Part shown: in pieces, positions 47,138-56,795 of the stretch
How positions within the stretch are numbered: position 1 is the first letter of the stretch
Layout of the letters: the number at the start of each line of letters is the position of its first letter
Source: Bacteroidota bacterium
Lineage (GTDB): Bacteria > Bacteroidota > Bacteroidia > Bacteroidales > JACABE01
Assembly: GCA_013377005.1 (NCBI GenBank)
Contig: JACABE010000021.1
Span: 4,294-68,293 of the forward strand
Length of the DNA stretch: 64,000 nucleotides
Reading direction: 5' to 3'
Notes under the pieces: model-generated
What the model was told of the DNA's origin: nothing
Database searches by the model: none
What the model saw: the letters and a program-made list of their open reading frames with translations, nothing else
Translations under genes and position numbers: made by a program

Positions 47138-50100
47138 ATGATATTAAAATTCTGCAAAATAAAGACATTTAATGTATTAAGGATAATAATATTTCTTTTT
47201 TTAAGTAATATTATTCATTTTGGTTTTGCCCAATTTTATAGTGGATTGCAATTGAATTTTGGAAAAAACCGTGTACAATATGATGATTTTTTTTGGACTT
47301 ATTATCGCTACGAAAAATTTGACGTTTATTTTTATCTTGGAGGTAAACAATTTGCCAATTATACTGCCAACTACACACTTAAGCATTTAAAAGAAATTGA
47401 AACAAAACTCGATTTTGAGATAGAAGATAAAATGCAATTTATAATTTTTAATAAACTATCAGATTTTAAACAAAGTAATATTGGTTATGTAAATGATGAG
47501 AGTTACAATACTGGTGGACTTACTCATATAATGGGAAACAAGGTTTTTCTTTATTTCAATGGCAATTATTCTGATTTTCAGCAACAAATACGTGCAGGTA
47601 TTACTGAAGTAGTTTTTAATCAATTAATGTTTGGAAGCAGTTTAACGGCTCAGATAAAAAATAAAACAATTTTCACCATACCTGATTGGTATTCTAAAGG
47701 CTTAATTGCATATATTTCCAGTAATTGGAACACAGAAGTTGATAATATTGTAAGAGATGGGGTTTTGACAGGTAAATATAAGAAATTTAATTCATTAACG
47801 GGAGAGGATGCTATTTATGCAGGTCAATCGTTTTGGAAATTTATTGCTGAAAAATATGGTGAACAAAATATTTCTAACATTATTTATATGTCGAGAGTAA
47901 GTAGAAATATTGAAACAGGATTTTTATATGTTTTGGGTGTTTCATATAAAGAAATTGTAAATGAATGGATTGCATACTATCAAGAAAAATATTCACAATC
48001 TTTCCAACGTAACTTACCATCTTGTGAACCAATAATAAAAAAAATAAAATCGTCAAGAGTTTACAATAGGCTTAAAATCAGTAATGATGGGATACATTCG
48101 GCTTATGTAAGTAACGAAATGGGACAATATAAAGTTTGGATATATAACACAGAAACTCAGAAAAGGAAAAAAATAATGAAATCGGGTTATAAATTAGACG
48201 ATAAAACCGATTATTCATATCCTTTACTTGCATGGCATCCTTCTGGCGAAATACTTTCTATTATTGTAGAAACCAAAGGTTTAATTTATCTTTACCTTTA
48301 TAACCTCGAGGAGAAGAAGTTTGAGAAAATATTACTGCAATACTTTCAGAAAGTATTGGATTTTTCATATTCACAAAATGGACAATTGCTTGTTTTATCT
48401 GCTGTACAGAATGGGCAATCAGATATTTTTGTATATAACATGGCTTCACACTCTTCCGAACAAATCACTAAAGATATTTATGATGATGCAACACCCAGAT
48501 TTATCAATAATTCAAAAGAAATTATTTTTTGCTCCAATCGAATAAGTGATACTCTCAACTCAAATGTTTCTCTTAACTCAAATTTAATGGAGAATAAAGA
48601 TATTTTTCTTTATGATTATGCTCAACATAAAAAAATACTAAGAAGAGTTACAAAAACATCAAATGCAAATGAGGTATTCCCAATGGAATATGAAAATGGT
48701 TATATTAGTTATTTAAGCGACGAAAACGGAATCTACAATAGATATGTTGCGCGTTTTGATAGTGTTATCAGTTATATTGATACTACCACGCATTATAGGT
48801 ATATTACAAAATCTTTTCCAATTACAGATTATAAACAAAATATTATTGAGCAGGATATAAGCCCAAGAGCTAAAAAGACTGCGGAAATTATCTATACAGA
48901 TGGTGTTTACAAAATGTTTCTTGAAGATAATAGTGCTTTTCGTAATCTTTCCTCTAAAAAAATAAGCAATACTTATTATATCAATCGTTTACTTGCTGAA
49001 AAAGAGAATTTTAAAAAAGATACGCTGAAAAAAGAAAATGATAAAGTCTTAAGCATAAAGAAAAAACTTCGTAACGTATATTACTCTGACATAGAAAAGG
49101 ATGAACAAGATACAGACAACATCAGTGTAAATTATTACAAACAAGCCTTTTTGGAAATTAATTCAAAAGATAGTAATAATATTCAAGATGATAAATTGTT
49201 ATTTTCTCAAGAAACTCAACGAAATTATGAAGTTGAATATACTGCCAATGAAATTACTACTCAACTTGATTTTAGTTTTTTAAATGCAAATTATCAACAA
49301 TTTTCAGGTGGAGGATCACCTATTTATCTTAATCCAGGGTTTAATTTTCTTATGAAAATCGGACTAAGTGATTTAATGGAAGATTATAGAATAACAGGTG
49401 GGTTTAGATTTTCTTTTAATTTCGACAATTTTGAGTACTTGTTAAGCTATGAAAATCTGAAACATAGACTTGATAAACAAATTATTTTTCATCGACAATC
49501 GATAGATAATAATTCATATTATTATAAGTCTCATCAATATACACATTCTGTTTATTACATATTACGTTGGCCTTTCAACAACGTTATGAGTTTAAGGGGA
49601 ACAGCCTATTTACGTAATGACAAAGAAGTTTTTCTTTCTACAGATCAACAAATGCTGGAACAACGAGATATCAATAATAATTGGTCAGGGTTAAAAGGAG
49701 AGTTTGTATTTGATAATACTCGAAATATAGGTTTAAATCTTTATTATGGAACTCGTTATAAACTTTGGGGGGAATATTATCAATCAATTGATAGCAAAAA
49801 TCGGAATCTTTTTGTAATTGGCTTTGATTTTAGGAATTATCAAAAAATCCATAAATCATTTATTTGGGCTAATAGGTTTGCAACCAGTACGTCATTTGGT
49901 AAGAATAAATTAATATATTATATGGGAGGTGTTGATAATTGGCTATTTCCCAAATTTAACAGAGATATTGATATTGCTACGGATCAAAATTATACATATC
50001 AAACCTTAGCTACAAATATGCGAGGTTTTACACAAAATATAAGAAATGGTAATAGTTTTGCTGTTTTAAACAGTGAGTTGCGATTTCCTGTGTTTAGATA

Positions 50101-50410
50101 TTTCTCTAATAAACCAATGCGTTCCGACTTCTTATATAATCTGCAAATTATTGGGTTTGGAGATTTGGGTACAGCATGGACAGGCGCAAGTCCTTGGGAT
50201 AAAAACAACTCTTTTTTTACTAAAACTCTTTATGGAAATCCTTTTGTTGTTACATTAGAAAAAGAAATAGATCCTTTGGTGGGTGGTGTCGGATTTGGTG
50301 TAAGGTCAAGATTATTAGGATATTTTATGCGGGCTGACTATGCATGGGGTATAGAAAACGGAATTGTAAAATCAGGTATTTTTTATTTTTCGTTAAGTTT
50401 GGATTTTTAA
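47138..50410 (+). CDS. Large outer-membrane protein: N-terminal domain, TolB/PD40-like beta-propeller and an Omp85-superfamily C-terminal barrel
   Basis: It has a signal peptide and PD40-like repeats (SNDGIHSAYVSNEMGQYKVWIY, LAWHPSGEILSIIV, YSQNGQLLVLSAVQNGQSDIFVY). The C-terminus has GFGDLGTAW and GGVGFGVRSRLLGYFMRADYAWGI, as in BamA-family barrels, and ends in F. Confidence 0.55.
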   Translation: MILKFCKIKTFNVLRIIIFLFLSNIIHFGFAQFYSGLQLNFGKNRVQYDDFFWTYYRYEKFDVYFYLGGKQFANYTANYTLKHLKEIETKLDFEIEDKMQFIIFNKLSDFKQSNIGYVNDESYNTGGLTHIMGNKVFLYFNGNYSDFQQQIRAGITEVVFNQLMFGSSLTAQIKNKTIFTIPDWYSKGLIAYISSNWNTEVDNIVRDGVLTGKYKKFNSLTGEDAIYAGQSFWKFIAEKYGEQNISNIIYMSRVSRNIETGFLYVLGVSYKEIVNEWIAYYQEKYSQSFQRNLPSCEPIIKKIKSSRVYNRLKISNDGIHSAYVSNEMGQYKVWIYNTETQKRKKIMKSGYKLDDKTDYSYPLLAWHPSGEILSIIVETKGLIYLYLYNLEEKKFEKILLQYFQKVLDFSYSQNGQLLVLSAVQNGQSDIFVYNMASHSSEQITKDIYDDATPRFINNSKEIIFCSNRISDTLNSNVSLNSNLMENKDIFLYDYAQHKKILRRVTKTSNANEVFPMEYENGYISYLSDENGIYNRYVARFDSVISYIDTTTHYRYITKSFPITDYKQNIIEQDISPRAKKTAEIIYTDGVYKMFLEDNSAFRNLSSKKISNTYYINRLLAEKENFKKDTLKKENDKVLSIKKKLRNVYYSDIEKDEQDTDNISVNYYKQAFLEINSKDSNNIQDDKLLFSQETQRNYEVEYTANEITTQLDFSFLNANYQQFSGGGSPIYLNPGFNFLMKIGLSDLMEDYRITGGFRFSFNFDNFEYLLSYENLKHRLDKQIIFHRQSIDNNSYYYKSHQYTHSVYYILRWPFNNVMSLRGTAYLRNDKEVFLSTDQQMLEQRDINNNWSGLKGEFVFDNTRNIGLNLYYGTRYKLWGEYYQSIDSKNRNLFVIGFDFRNYQKIHKSFIWANRFATSTSFGKNKLIYYMGGVDNWLFPKFNRDIDIATDQNYTYQTLATNMRGFTQNIRNGNSFAVLNSELRFPVFRYFSNKPMRSDFLYNLQIIGFGDLGTAWTGASPWDKNNSFFTKTLYGNPFVVTLEKEIDPLVGGVGFGVRSRLLGYFMRADYAWGIENGIVKSGIFYFSLSLDF

Positions 50411-50568
50411 TAAAGAGGAAGTGCTAAACCTTTACATATTTTTAATGGCAAAATCCATTGGATAATGGATTGAATACAAAGCATTAATTCTAAAATTATA
50501 ATGAACATATTAAATTACTTTGAATTCTTAATTCGGACTTTCTTCTTAACAATTAACAACTTAATATT

Positions 50569-50943
50569 ATGGATATGAATACAGTAACAGTTTTAATCTT
50601 ATTAGCAATCGGACTATTTGCCGGTATCTTTGGCGGAATGGTTGGTTTAGGTGGTGGTGTAATTATGATACCGGCTATGATTTATTTTTTAGGAGTCAGT
50701 CAACAATCAGCACAAGGCACAAGTTTAGCCGTAATGTTGCCTCCCGTTGGTTTAATGGCTGTAATGAATTACTACAAAGCTGGACAAATGAATTTTAAAT
50801 ATGCTGCAATTATAGCTATAGCTTTTTTTGTAGGTGGGTATTTTGGTTCGAAAATTGCATTAAATATTTCACCTGATAAAATGAAAAAAGTTTTTGCTAT
50901 AGCTTTAATGCTAATCGCAATAAACATGTTAATCAAAAAATAA
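50569..50943 (+). CDS. Half-size TSUP (TauE/SafE) family membrane protein
   Basis: 124 aa with four TM helices and GGMVGLGGGVIMIPAMIYFLG..QQ.AQGTSL, typical of one TSUP repeat. Confidence 0.65.
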   Translation: MDMNTVTVLILLAIGLFAGIFGGMVGLGGGVIMIPAMIYFLGVSQQSAQGTSLAVMLPPVGLMAVMNYYKAGQMNFKYAAIIAIAFFVGGYFGSKIALNISPDKMKKVFAIALMLIAINMLIKK

Positions 50944-50956
50944 TAAATTCAAGTAA

Positions 50957-51388
50957 ATGAATAATATAGAAACGAGAATAATCGATTTCATTAGCGAACA
51001 TCATATTTTCACTCTTGCTACATCATACAACAACCAACCCTATACATCTACTTGTTTTTATGTTTATATTGCAGAATTGAATATGTTTGTGTTTACATCT
51101 GATATTACGACCAAACATATTACGGATGCAATTAATCAACCTTTTGTCGCGGGTGCAATAGCTCTCGAAACAAGTATTATTGGCAAAATCAGAGGTATAC
51201 AATTTACTGGATTTATTAAAAAGCTTGAAAAAAAAGAACTCTCTGAGGCTAAAAAAGCATATATTATTAGGTTTCCAATAGCATTATTAGCTAAAACAAC
51301 ACTTTGGGGAATAACACCTAACTATATAAAAATGACCGATAACCGCCTTGGATTTGGTAAAAAAATAATTTGGGAATCCCCAAATTAA
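50957..51388 (+). CDS. Pyridoxamine-5'-phosphate-oxidase-fold protein (YhbP/UPF0306-like)
   Basis: 143 aa. The segments HHIFTLATSYNNQPYTSTCFY and IRGIQFTG are consistent with the split-barrel FMN-binding fold. Confidence 0.45.
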   Translation: MNNIETRIIDFISEHHIFTLATSYNNQPYTSTCFYVYIAELNMFVFTSDITTKHITDAINQPFVAGAIALETSIIGKIRGIQFTGFIKKLEKKELSEAKKAYIIRFPIALLAKTTLWGITPNYIKMTDNRLGFGKKIIWESPN

Positions 51389-51501
51389 TAAAATTGTGCT
51401 GGGGGTTAAATATTTATTAACATAGTAATCGTATAGTAATTCAGCGTTATAACGCATATCTTACATGTATTGTTAATTACTCTTTTTGCTGGATATGGAT
51501 A

Positions 51502-51509
51502 TACATTTG
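51502..51509 (+). promoter_or_regulatory. Candidate -7 element upstream of nrdJ
   Basis: TACATTTG matches TAnnTTTG, ending 83 nt upstream of the ATG at 51593. There is no well-spaced -33 TTG. Confidence 0.25.
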
Positions 51510-51592
51510 TATATTTACAATCAAAATTTTTGGTAATTATTACGCTGATATTCAGTTTTTAAAAATTAAATAATAAATATTTGATTCATTTT

Positions 51593-54289
51593 ATGGAAAA
51601 CTCACTTTTTGCAGCACTGGAAATCAACACTCTAAACAAAGAGAAAGAAGCCAATTACAATGGATTTATTGAATCTAGAAAATTACCAAATATTTTTGAC
51701 AACGGAAATGACCCAAATACCAAAATAGAAGTAATGATTGAACCAACCAACAACCTTAAAGAGCCTCAGAAGTTTACTTATGAAGAAGTAATGGAAAAGT
51801 CTACGGCTTATTTTCAAGGAGATACATTAGCCGCAAGTGTATGGATGAATAAATACGGTCTAAAAGACAGTGCTGGCAACTTATATGAGTTATCTCCTGA
51901 TGATATGCACCATAGAATTGCTTCTGAAATTGCCCGTATTGAGAAAAAATATCCAAATCCAATGTTGGAAAATGAGATTTATGATTTACTTAAAGACTTT
52001 AAATATATTATTCCTCAAGGTAGTCCAATGGCTGGAATTGGGAATAATTTTCAGGTTGCTTCTCTTTCAAATTGCTTTGTAATAGGTAATAATGGAAATT
52101 CTGATTCCTATGGTGGTATTATGAAAATTGATCAAGAACAAGTTCAGTTAATGAAACGTCGCGGTGGAGTTGGACATGACTTATCTCACATTCGTCCATC
52201 AGGAAGCCCCGTAAAAAATAGTGCTTTAACTTCAACCGGTATTGTTCCTTTTATGGAAAGATATTCAAACTCAACAAGGGAAGTAGCACAAGACGGGCGA
52301 AGAGGTGCATTAATGTTAAGTATTTCAATTAAACATCCTGACTCTGAAAATTTTATTGATGCAAAATTAGAAGAAGGAAAAGTAACCGGAGCAAACGTTT
52401 CTGTGAAAATTGATGATGAATTTATGCAAGCTGTTGTTGAAAATAAAATGTATCGACAGCAATATCCAATAGATTCTAAAAATCCTGCTGTAATAAAAGA
52501 AATTGACGCACGGCAATTATGGGATAAAATTATTCAGAATGCTTGGCAATCAGCAGAACCAGGGATTCTTTTCTGGGACACTATTTTAAAAGAATCAATA
52601 CCTGACTGCTACGCTGATTTAGGTTTTAAAACTACATCAACTAATCCCTGTGGAGAAATACCACTTTGTCCTTATGATAGTTGTAGACTTTTAGCTATCA
52701 ATTTATACAGTTACGTCGAAAATCCGTTTACACCAGAGGCTAGTTTTAACTCAGAACTTTTTGTAAAACATGCACACATGGCTCAGCGTATGATGGACGA
52801 TGTAATAGATCTAGAACTAGAAAAAATAGAAAAAATATTAGAAAAAATAGATGCTGATCCGGAAGAAGAAGAAATAAAAAGAACTGAAAGAAATCTTTGG
52901 CTGAATATCAAAATGAAAGCTCTGGAAGGAAGAAGAACTGGTTTTGGAATTACAGCAGAAGGAGACATGCTTGCAGCATTGGGTTGCAAATATGGGACTG
53001 AAGTTGCTACCGACTTTTCCGTTGAAGTACATAAAATGCTAGCTCTGGAAGCTTACAGATCTTCTATAATTTTAGCAAAAGAACGTGGTGCATTTCCCTT
53101 ATATGACACTCAAAGAGAAATGAATAATCCTTTTATTCTTCGTCTAAAAGAAGTGGCACCTTTGGTTTATCAAGATATGGTAAAGCATGGGAGAAGAAAC
53201 ATTGCTTTATTAACCATTGCACCGACAGGAAGTGTAAGTATTTGTACACAAACAACTTCTGGGATTGAACCTGTTTTTATGATTTCTTATAAAAGAAGGA
53301 AAAAAGTTAATCCAAACGATAAAAATGTAAATGTTTCTTTTGTTGATGAAACTGGTGATTCATGGGAGGAATACAACGTTTTTCATCCAAAATTTTTACA
53401 ATGGCTTAAAGTAAATAATTATAATGTTGATGAAGTAAAGCTTTATAATGAAGCACAACTTGAAAATATTATTAAAAAATCACCTTATTACCAAGCCACT
53501 TCCAATGATATTGATTGGGTTAGCAAAGTCAGAATGCAGGGTGCTGTTCAAAAATGGGTTGATCATTCTATTAGTGTTACTGTAAATGTACCCAAAGATA
53601 CTTCCAAAGAATTGGTAAGTAATATATATCAAACAGCTTGGGAAACAGGTTGTAAGGGAATTACTATTTATAGGGATGGGTCTCGTGCAGGAGTATTGGT
53701 TGCTCATTCTGATACTAAAGAGGATGATTATGAATTCAGAGAAACAAAAGCACCTACTCGCCCTAGGAAATTAGAAGCGGAAGTTGTTCGTTTTCAAAAT
53801 GATTACGAAAAATGGATTGCTGTAGTGGGTGTTTTAGATAATAAACCTTACGAAGTTTTCACAGGAAAAGCTGATGGGTTTTATCTTCCACCATGGGTTA
53901 CAAAAGGATATGTTATCCGAAATAAAGAAGGTAATGAAAAAGCTCGTTACGATTTCCAATTTGAAGATAAAGAAGGTTATAAAGTTACGATAGAAGGACT
54001 TTCAAGGTCTTTTAACAAGGAATACTGGAACTATGCAAAATTAATTTCAGGGATTTTACGTCATGGTATGCCATTGCCTTTTGCTGTAGATTTAATTTCT
54101 AACCTAAACCTTGAAATAGATTCTATCAACACATGGAAAAATGGAGTGGTAAGAGCACTTAAAAAATATATACCCGATGGAACATTAGCTTCAGAAGCGT
54201 CTTGTCCGGAATGTGGCGCGAAAGGAGGCTTAATTTACAAAGAAGGTTGTTTAGCGTGTAAACATTGCGGATATTCAAAATGTGGCTAA
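51593..54289 (+). CDS. nrdJ: Adenosylcobalamin-dependent (class II) ribonucleotide reductase
   Basis: The catalytic loop is TNPCGEIPL, with SNCFV, RRGGVGHDLS and TIAPTGS. The C-terminal Cys-rich tail is CPECG...CLACKHCGYSKCG. ATG at 51593 preferred over TTG at 51581. Confidence 0.88.
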   Translation: MENSLFAALEINTLNKEKEANYNGFIESRKLPNIFDNGNDPNTKIEVMIEPTNNLKEPQKFTYEEVMEKSTAYFQGDTLAASVWMNKYGLKDSAGNLYELSPDDMHHRIASEIARIEKKYPNPMLENEIYDLLKDFKYIIPQGSPMAGIGNNFQVASLSNCFVIGNNGNSDSYGGIMKIDQEQVQLMKRRGGVGHDLSHIRPSGSPVKNSALTSTGIVPFMERYSNSTREVAQDGRRGALMLSISIKHPDSENFIDAKLEEGKVTGANVSVKIDDEFMQAVVENKMYRQQYPIDSKNPAVIKEIDARQLWDKIIQNAWQSAEPGILFWDTILKESIPDCYADLGFKTTSTNPCGEIPLCPYDSCRLLAINLYSYVENPFTPEASFNSELFVKHAHMAQRMMDDVIDLELEKIEKILEKIDADPEEEEIKRTERNLWLNIKMKALEGRRTGFGITAEGDMLAALGCKYGTEVATDFSVEVHKMLALEAYRSSIILAKERGAFPLYDTQREMNNPFILRLKEVAPLVYQDMVKHGRRNIALLTIAPTGSVSICTQTTSGIEPVFMISYKRRKKVNPNDKNVNVSFVDETGDSWEEYNVFHPKFLQWLKVNNYNVDEVKLYNEAQLENIIKKSPYYQATSNDIDWVSKVRMQGAVQKWVDHSISVTVNVPKDTSKELVSNIYQTAWETGCKGITIYRDGSRAGVLVAHSDTKEDDYEFRETKAPTRPRKLEAEVVRFQNDYEKWIAVVGVLDNKPYEVFTGKADGFYLPPWVTKGYVIRNKEGNEKARYDFQFEDKEGYKVTIEGLSRSFNKEYWNYAKLISGILRHGMPLPFAVDLISNLNLEIDSINTWKNGVVRALKKYIPDGTLASEASCPECGAKGGLIYKEGCLACKHCGYSKCG

Positions 54290-54290
54290 A

Positions 54291-54329
54291 AAAACGGGCT
54301 GTCTCAATTTAGAGACAGCCCGTTTTTTT
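54291..54329. terminator. Strong bidirectional intrinsic terminator after nrdJ
   Basis: AAAACGGGCTGTCTC-AATTTA-GAGACAGCCCGTTTTTTT. The perfect 11-bp stem is at 54295-54305/54312-54322. Confidence 0.85.
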
Positions 54330-54348
54330 AACATATTAACTTATTTTC

Positions 54349-54918
54349 TTACAAAAAAATCAAAGCCAGTATCGGTACTACTAATCCTGCTAAAACAAAC
54401 CAAATACCGCGTTTGCTAAGACTGTTTTTGCTTTTGGCAATAATAAACAATCCACTTATAGCAATAATAATCATCCCTACACAAAACAAATCTGAAAACC
54501 ACAGCCACCACTTACCAGGGTTGTAATGAAGAAAATTAACTTCAAAAAATAAAGGTCTTTTGCTTATTTTTTCAATATAACCTTCTTTAGTTTCTATATT
54601 TAAGGTAACAGAGCCATTGTCAATAAAAATTTTCAATGTACGACTATCAGGGAAAAAGTATTTTTTATAATGATCTTCTTCATGATAATTTTTCAGAAGT
54701 TCCATTACCCAGTCTCTATTTACTGATGCTTTATCGATATTTTGATTAATGGCAAACTCTTTGTAAGTGATATTATAATTAGGATTCCAATCTTTTTTGT
54801 GGTTTAATGCAATACCTGAGATGCAATAAATAATAGTGAGTCCGAAAAAAAAATAACCAATATCCCTATGTAGAATTCTATTCCATTTCCTAAAAATTCT
54901 CAATCTGTTTGATGACAT
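54349..54918 (-). CDS. PepSY-associated TM-helix protein
   Basis: WNRILHRDIGYFFFGLTIIYCISGIALNH at the N-terminus, a soluble middle section and two C-terminal TM helices. Confidence 0.55.
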   Translation of the reverse strand: MSSNRLRIFRKWNRILHRDIGYFFFGLTIIYCISGIALNHKKDWNPNYNITYKEFAINQNIDKASVNRDWVMELLKNYHEEDHYKKYFFPDSRTLKIFIDNGSVTLNIETKEGYIEKISKRPLFFEVNFLHYNPGKWWLWFSDLFCVGMIIIAISGLFIIAKSKNSLSKRGIWFVLAGLVVPILALIFL

Positions 54919-54943
54919 AGGAGCTATAAGTTAGAAAAGAAAT

Positions 54944-55543
54944 TTATTTTTTAATAGCTTTTAAGGTTTTGCAATCAATTGCATATATAGAGATGTAGGT
55001 TTTCCCACTTTCTTCCAATTTTTTGCGAAATTCTTTTACACTAGCATAAGGATCTGTTTCTTCTGAAGTCTCTTTTACTTGAGCTTCGCCTTTTTTGTTT
55101 TTCTGCCCTTTTAGAGCTTTGCCATCTTCTGTGCAAACTTTTTGATCTTTATCTTCTAAAGAAGCTTTGATTTCAGCTTCCCAGTCATTTAAAAAGTTAG
55201 CATCAACTTTTTGATCTTCTATAACAGTACCTGTAATTTCGACATCAGTGCCTTCATATTTAAGATCAAAAGTTGACATTTCTCCACCTGCGTTCACTTT
55301 AACAGTAGTTTCAGGATCAGCACCAAAGAGAAATAATTTCTTTCCACTGTGTTTGCAAATATGAGAAACAGTACCTGTAATAACAATATCTTTACCAGCC
55401 CAGGTTTCAGGTTTAACTAAAAAACTGTCAACAGTAATTGCAACATTGGTTGAATCAGTTTTCTGCTTTCCTTTGTTTTTACAACCAATGTTACTTCCAA
55501 TAATAAGAATTCCAATGAATAATAAAAAAAATATCTTTTTCAT
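54944..55543 (-). CDS. Lipoprotein with an OB-fold-like module, function unknown
   Basis: Lipobox NIGC. The segment WAGKDIVITGTVSHICKHSGKKLFLFG...VEITGTV precedes a Lys/Glu-rich linker. Confidence 0.45.
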   Translation of the reverse strand: MKKIFFLLFIGILIIGSNIGCKNKGKQKTDSTNVAITVDSFLVKPETWAGKDIVITGTVSHICKHSGKKLFLFGADPETTVKVNAGGEMSTFDLKYEGTDVEITGTVIEDQKVDANFLNDWEAEIKASLEDKDQKVCTEDGKALKGQKNKKGEAQVKETSEETDPYASVKEFRKKLEESGKTYISIYAIDCKTLKAIKK

Positions 55544-55699
55544 GTTTTTAAATTTAAATGTTTTATACTTTGCAAAAATAGTAAATTTTTATTACAAAAT
55601 TAACAGAAATTATAAAATATAAAAATATAAGGCATGAATCAATTTTATTAATCCATGCCTTATATTCAATATTTCTGTTTAAATTTATAGAAATCTTTT

Positions 55700-56470
55700 T
55701 TATTTAACTATCTTAGCATCTTCCATAATTACTTCATAAAAGTAATCATAACCTAAATCTTTGTTTAATGCAATTTTGCCTTCTAAGGTAACAATATCTC
55801 CAACTTTAGCAGTAAATTTACCTGTAATAGTTAAATCGAATTTGCCTTCAGATTCAGTTCCATCTTGGATGTGGATCCAGTTTTTTTCCATAATATCTGG
55901 ACTAAACTTTGTAACTTGTCCTTTAACCTTTATAGTTTTACCAGAATAAGATGCTTTTTTTGCATACAAGTCTGCAATTTTAACACCTCCGGCAATTGGA
56001 TCAATTTTAACTTCAATTTTAGTCATTTTAGGTTTTGCGCCATTCATAACATTTGAGTCTGATGATGACATATTTCCATGAGCAGACACTTCAGCCATTT
56101 CTTTTTTTACAAAATCAGATGTTTTACTTAAATTATCCAGAAATAATACTTCTTTAAAAGTTCTGTTAAGTTCTTTACTTACAAAGTCTTTCATGGGATA
56201 ACCACCTTTATAATATAGTGTTTCTCCTATTTTTGAGTCCGTTTTCGGAACAGCAGCCCATAATGTATCTTTTTCATTTACTTGTGGATTACCTTCTTCT
56301 TTTAATCGGAAATAAGTGTATTGACTGGTTTGTATTATTTCCTGAACAGTAACTGTGTGAACGCCGATTTTTAATAATTCAGCTTGTTTTGGATCCATTT
56401 TTGATTTACAACCAACTAAGCCTATTAAACCTATAAATATTAGTTTTAAAATATTAGAATAAACTCTCAT
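55700..56470 (-). CDS. Two-domain lipoprotein, function unknown
   Basis: Lipobox LVGC. The N-domain is SQYTYFRLKEEG...LWAAVPK...FVSKELNRTFKEVLF. After a His/Met/Ser linker, the C-domain is OB-like (SGKTIKVKGQVTKF...WIHIQDG...GDIVTLEGK). Confidence 0.45.
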   Translation of the reverse strand: MRVYSNILKLIFIGLIGLVGCKSKMDPKQAELLKIGVHTVTVQEIIQTSQYTYFRLKEEGNPQVNEKDTLWAAVPKTDSKIGETLYYKGGYPMKDFVSKELNRTFKEVLFLDNLSKTSDFVKKEMAEVSAHGNMSSSDSNVMNGAKPKMTKIEVKIDPIAGGVKIADLYAKKASYSGKTIKVKGQVTKFSPDIMEKNWIHIQDGTESEGKFDLTITGKFTAKVGDIVTLEGKIALNKDLGYDYFYEVIMEDAKIVK

Positions 56471-56538
56471 TTTTTATATTTTTTTAATTTATATGGATGC
56501 AAAAATACTGAATATATTTTACAAACCATAAGGCGAAA

Positions 56539-56569
56539 GACAAATATCATAATCGAAATGATATTTGTC
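56539..56569. promoter_or_regulatory. Perfect 12-7-12 palindrome in the divergent intergenic region of the cytochrome island
   Basis: GACAAATATCAT-AATCGAA-ATGATATTTGTC. It lies 69 nt from the start of the lipoprotein gene (56470) and 227 nt from the ccsBA ATG (56796). Confidence 0.4.
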
Positions 56570-56795
56570 AAAAACAGATGCTTATTATGTAACAATAGTT
56601 TCTTAACAACAAATTGCAAAATACTGTTATACTGTAATTAGAAGTTTCGTATTTTAATTGAAAAAGAAAAGAAATACTCAATATTAAGAAGTTTCTAAAT
56701 GATAAATAAAAAAAATTAGATGAAATTTACTTTGTTTTTTTTGTAATATTGCAAAGAGTTTAGGTTAAACTTTATTCTTTAATTAAATATTTTCA

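Noticed and set aside
50452-50471. AATCCATT-GGAT-AATGGATT hairpin after the 1090-aa OMP gene
   Set aside because: It is a perfect 8-bp stem, but no T-tract follows on either strand, so I do not call it a terminator.
51389-51592. Possible cobalamin riboswitch or NrdR box in the 204-nt region upstream of nrdJ
   Set aside because: There is no B12-box-like GCCACTG core and no paired GC-rich helices. The region is AT-rich with only a promoter-like TACATTTG. A B12-dependent enzyme is also not the usual target of B12-off regulation.
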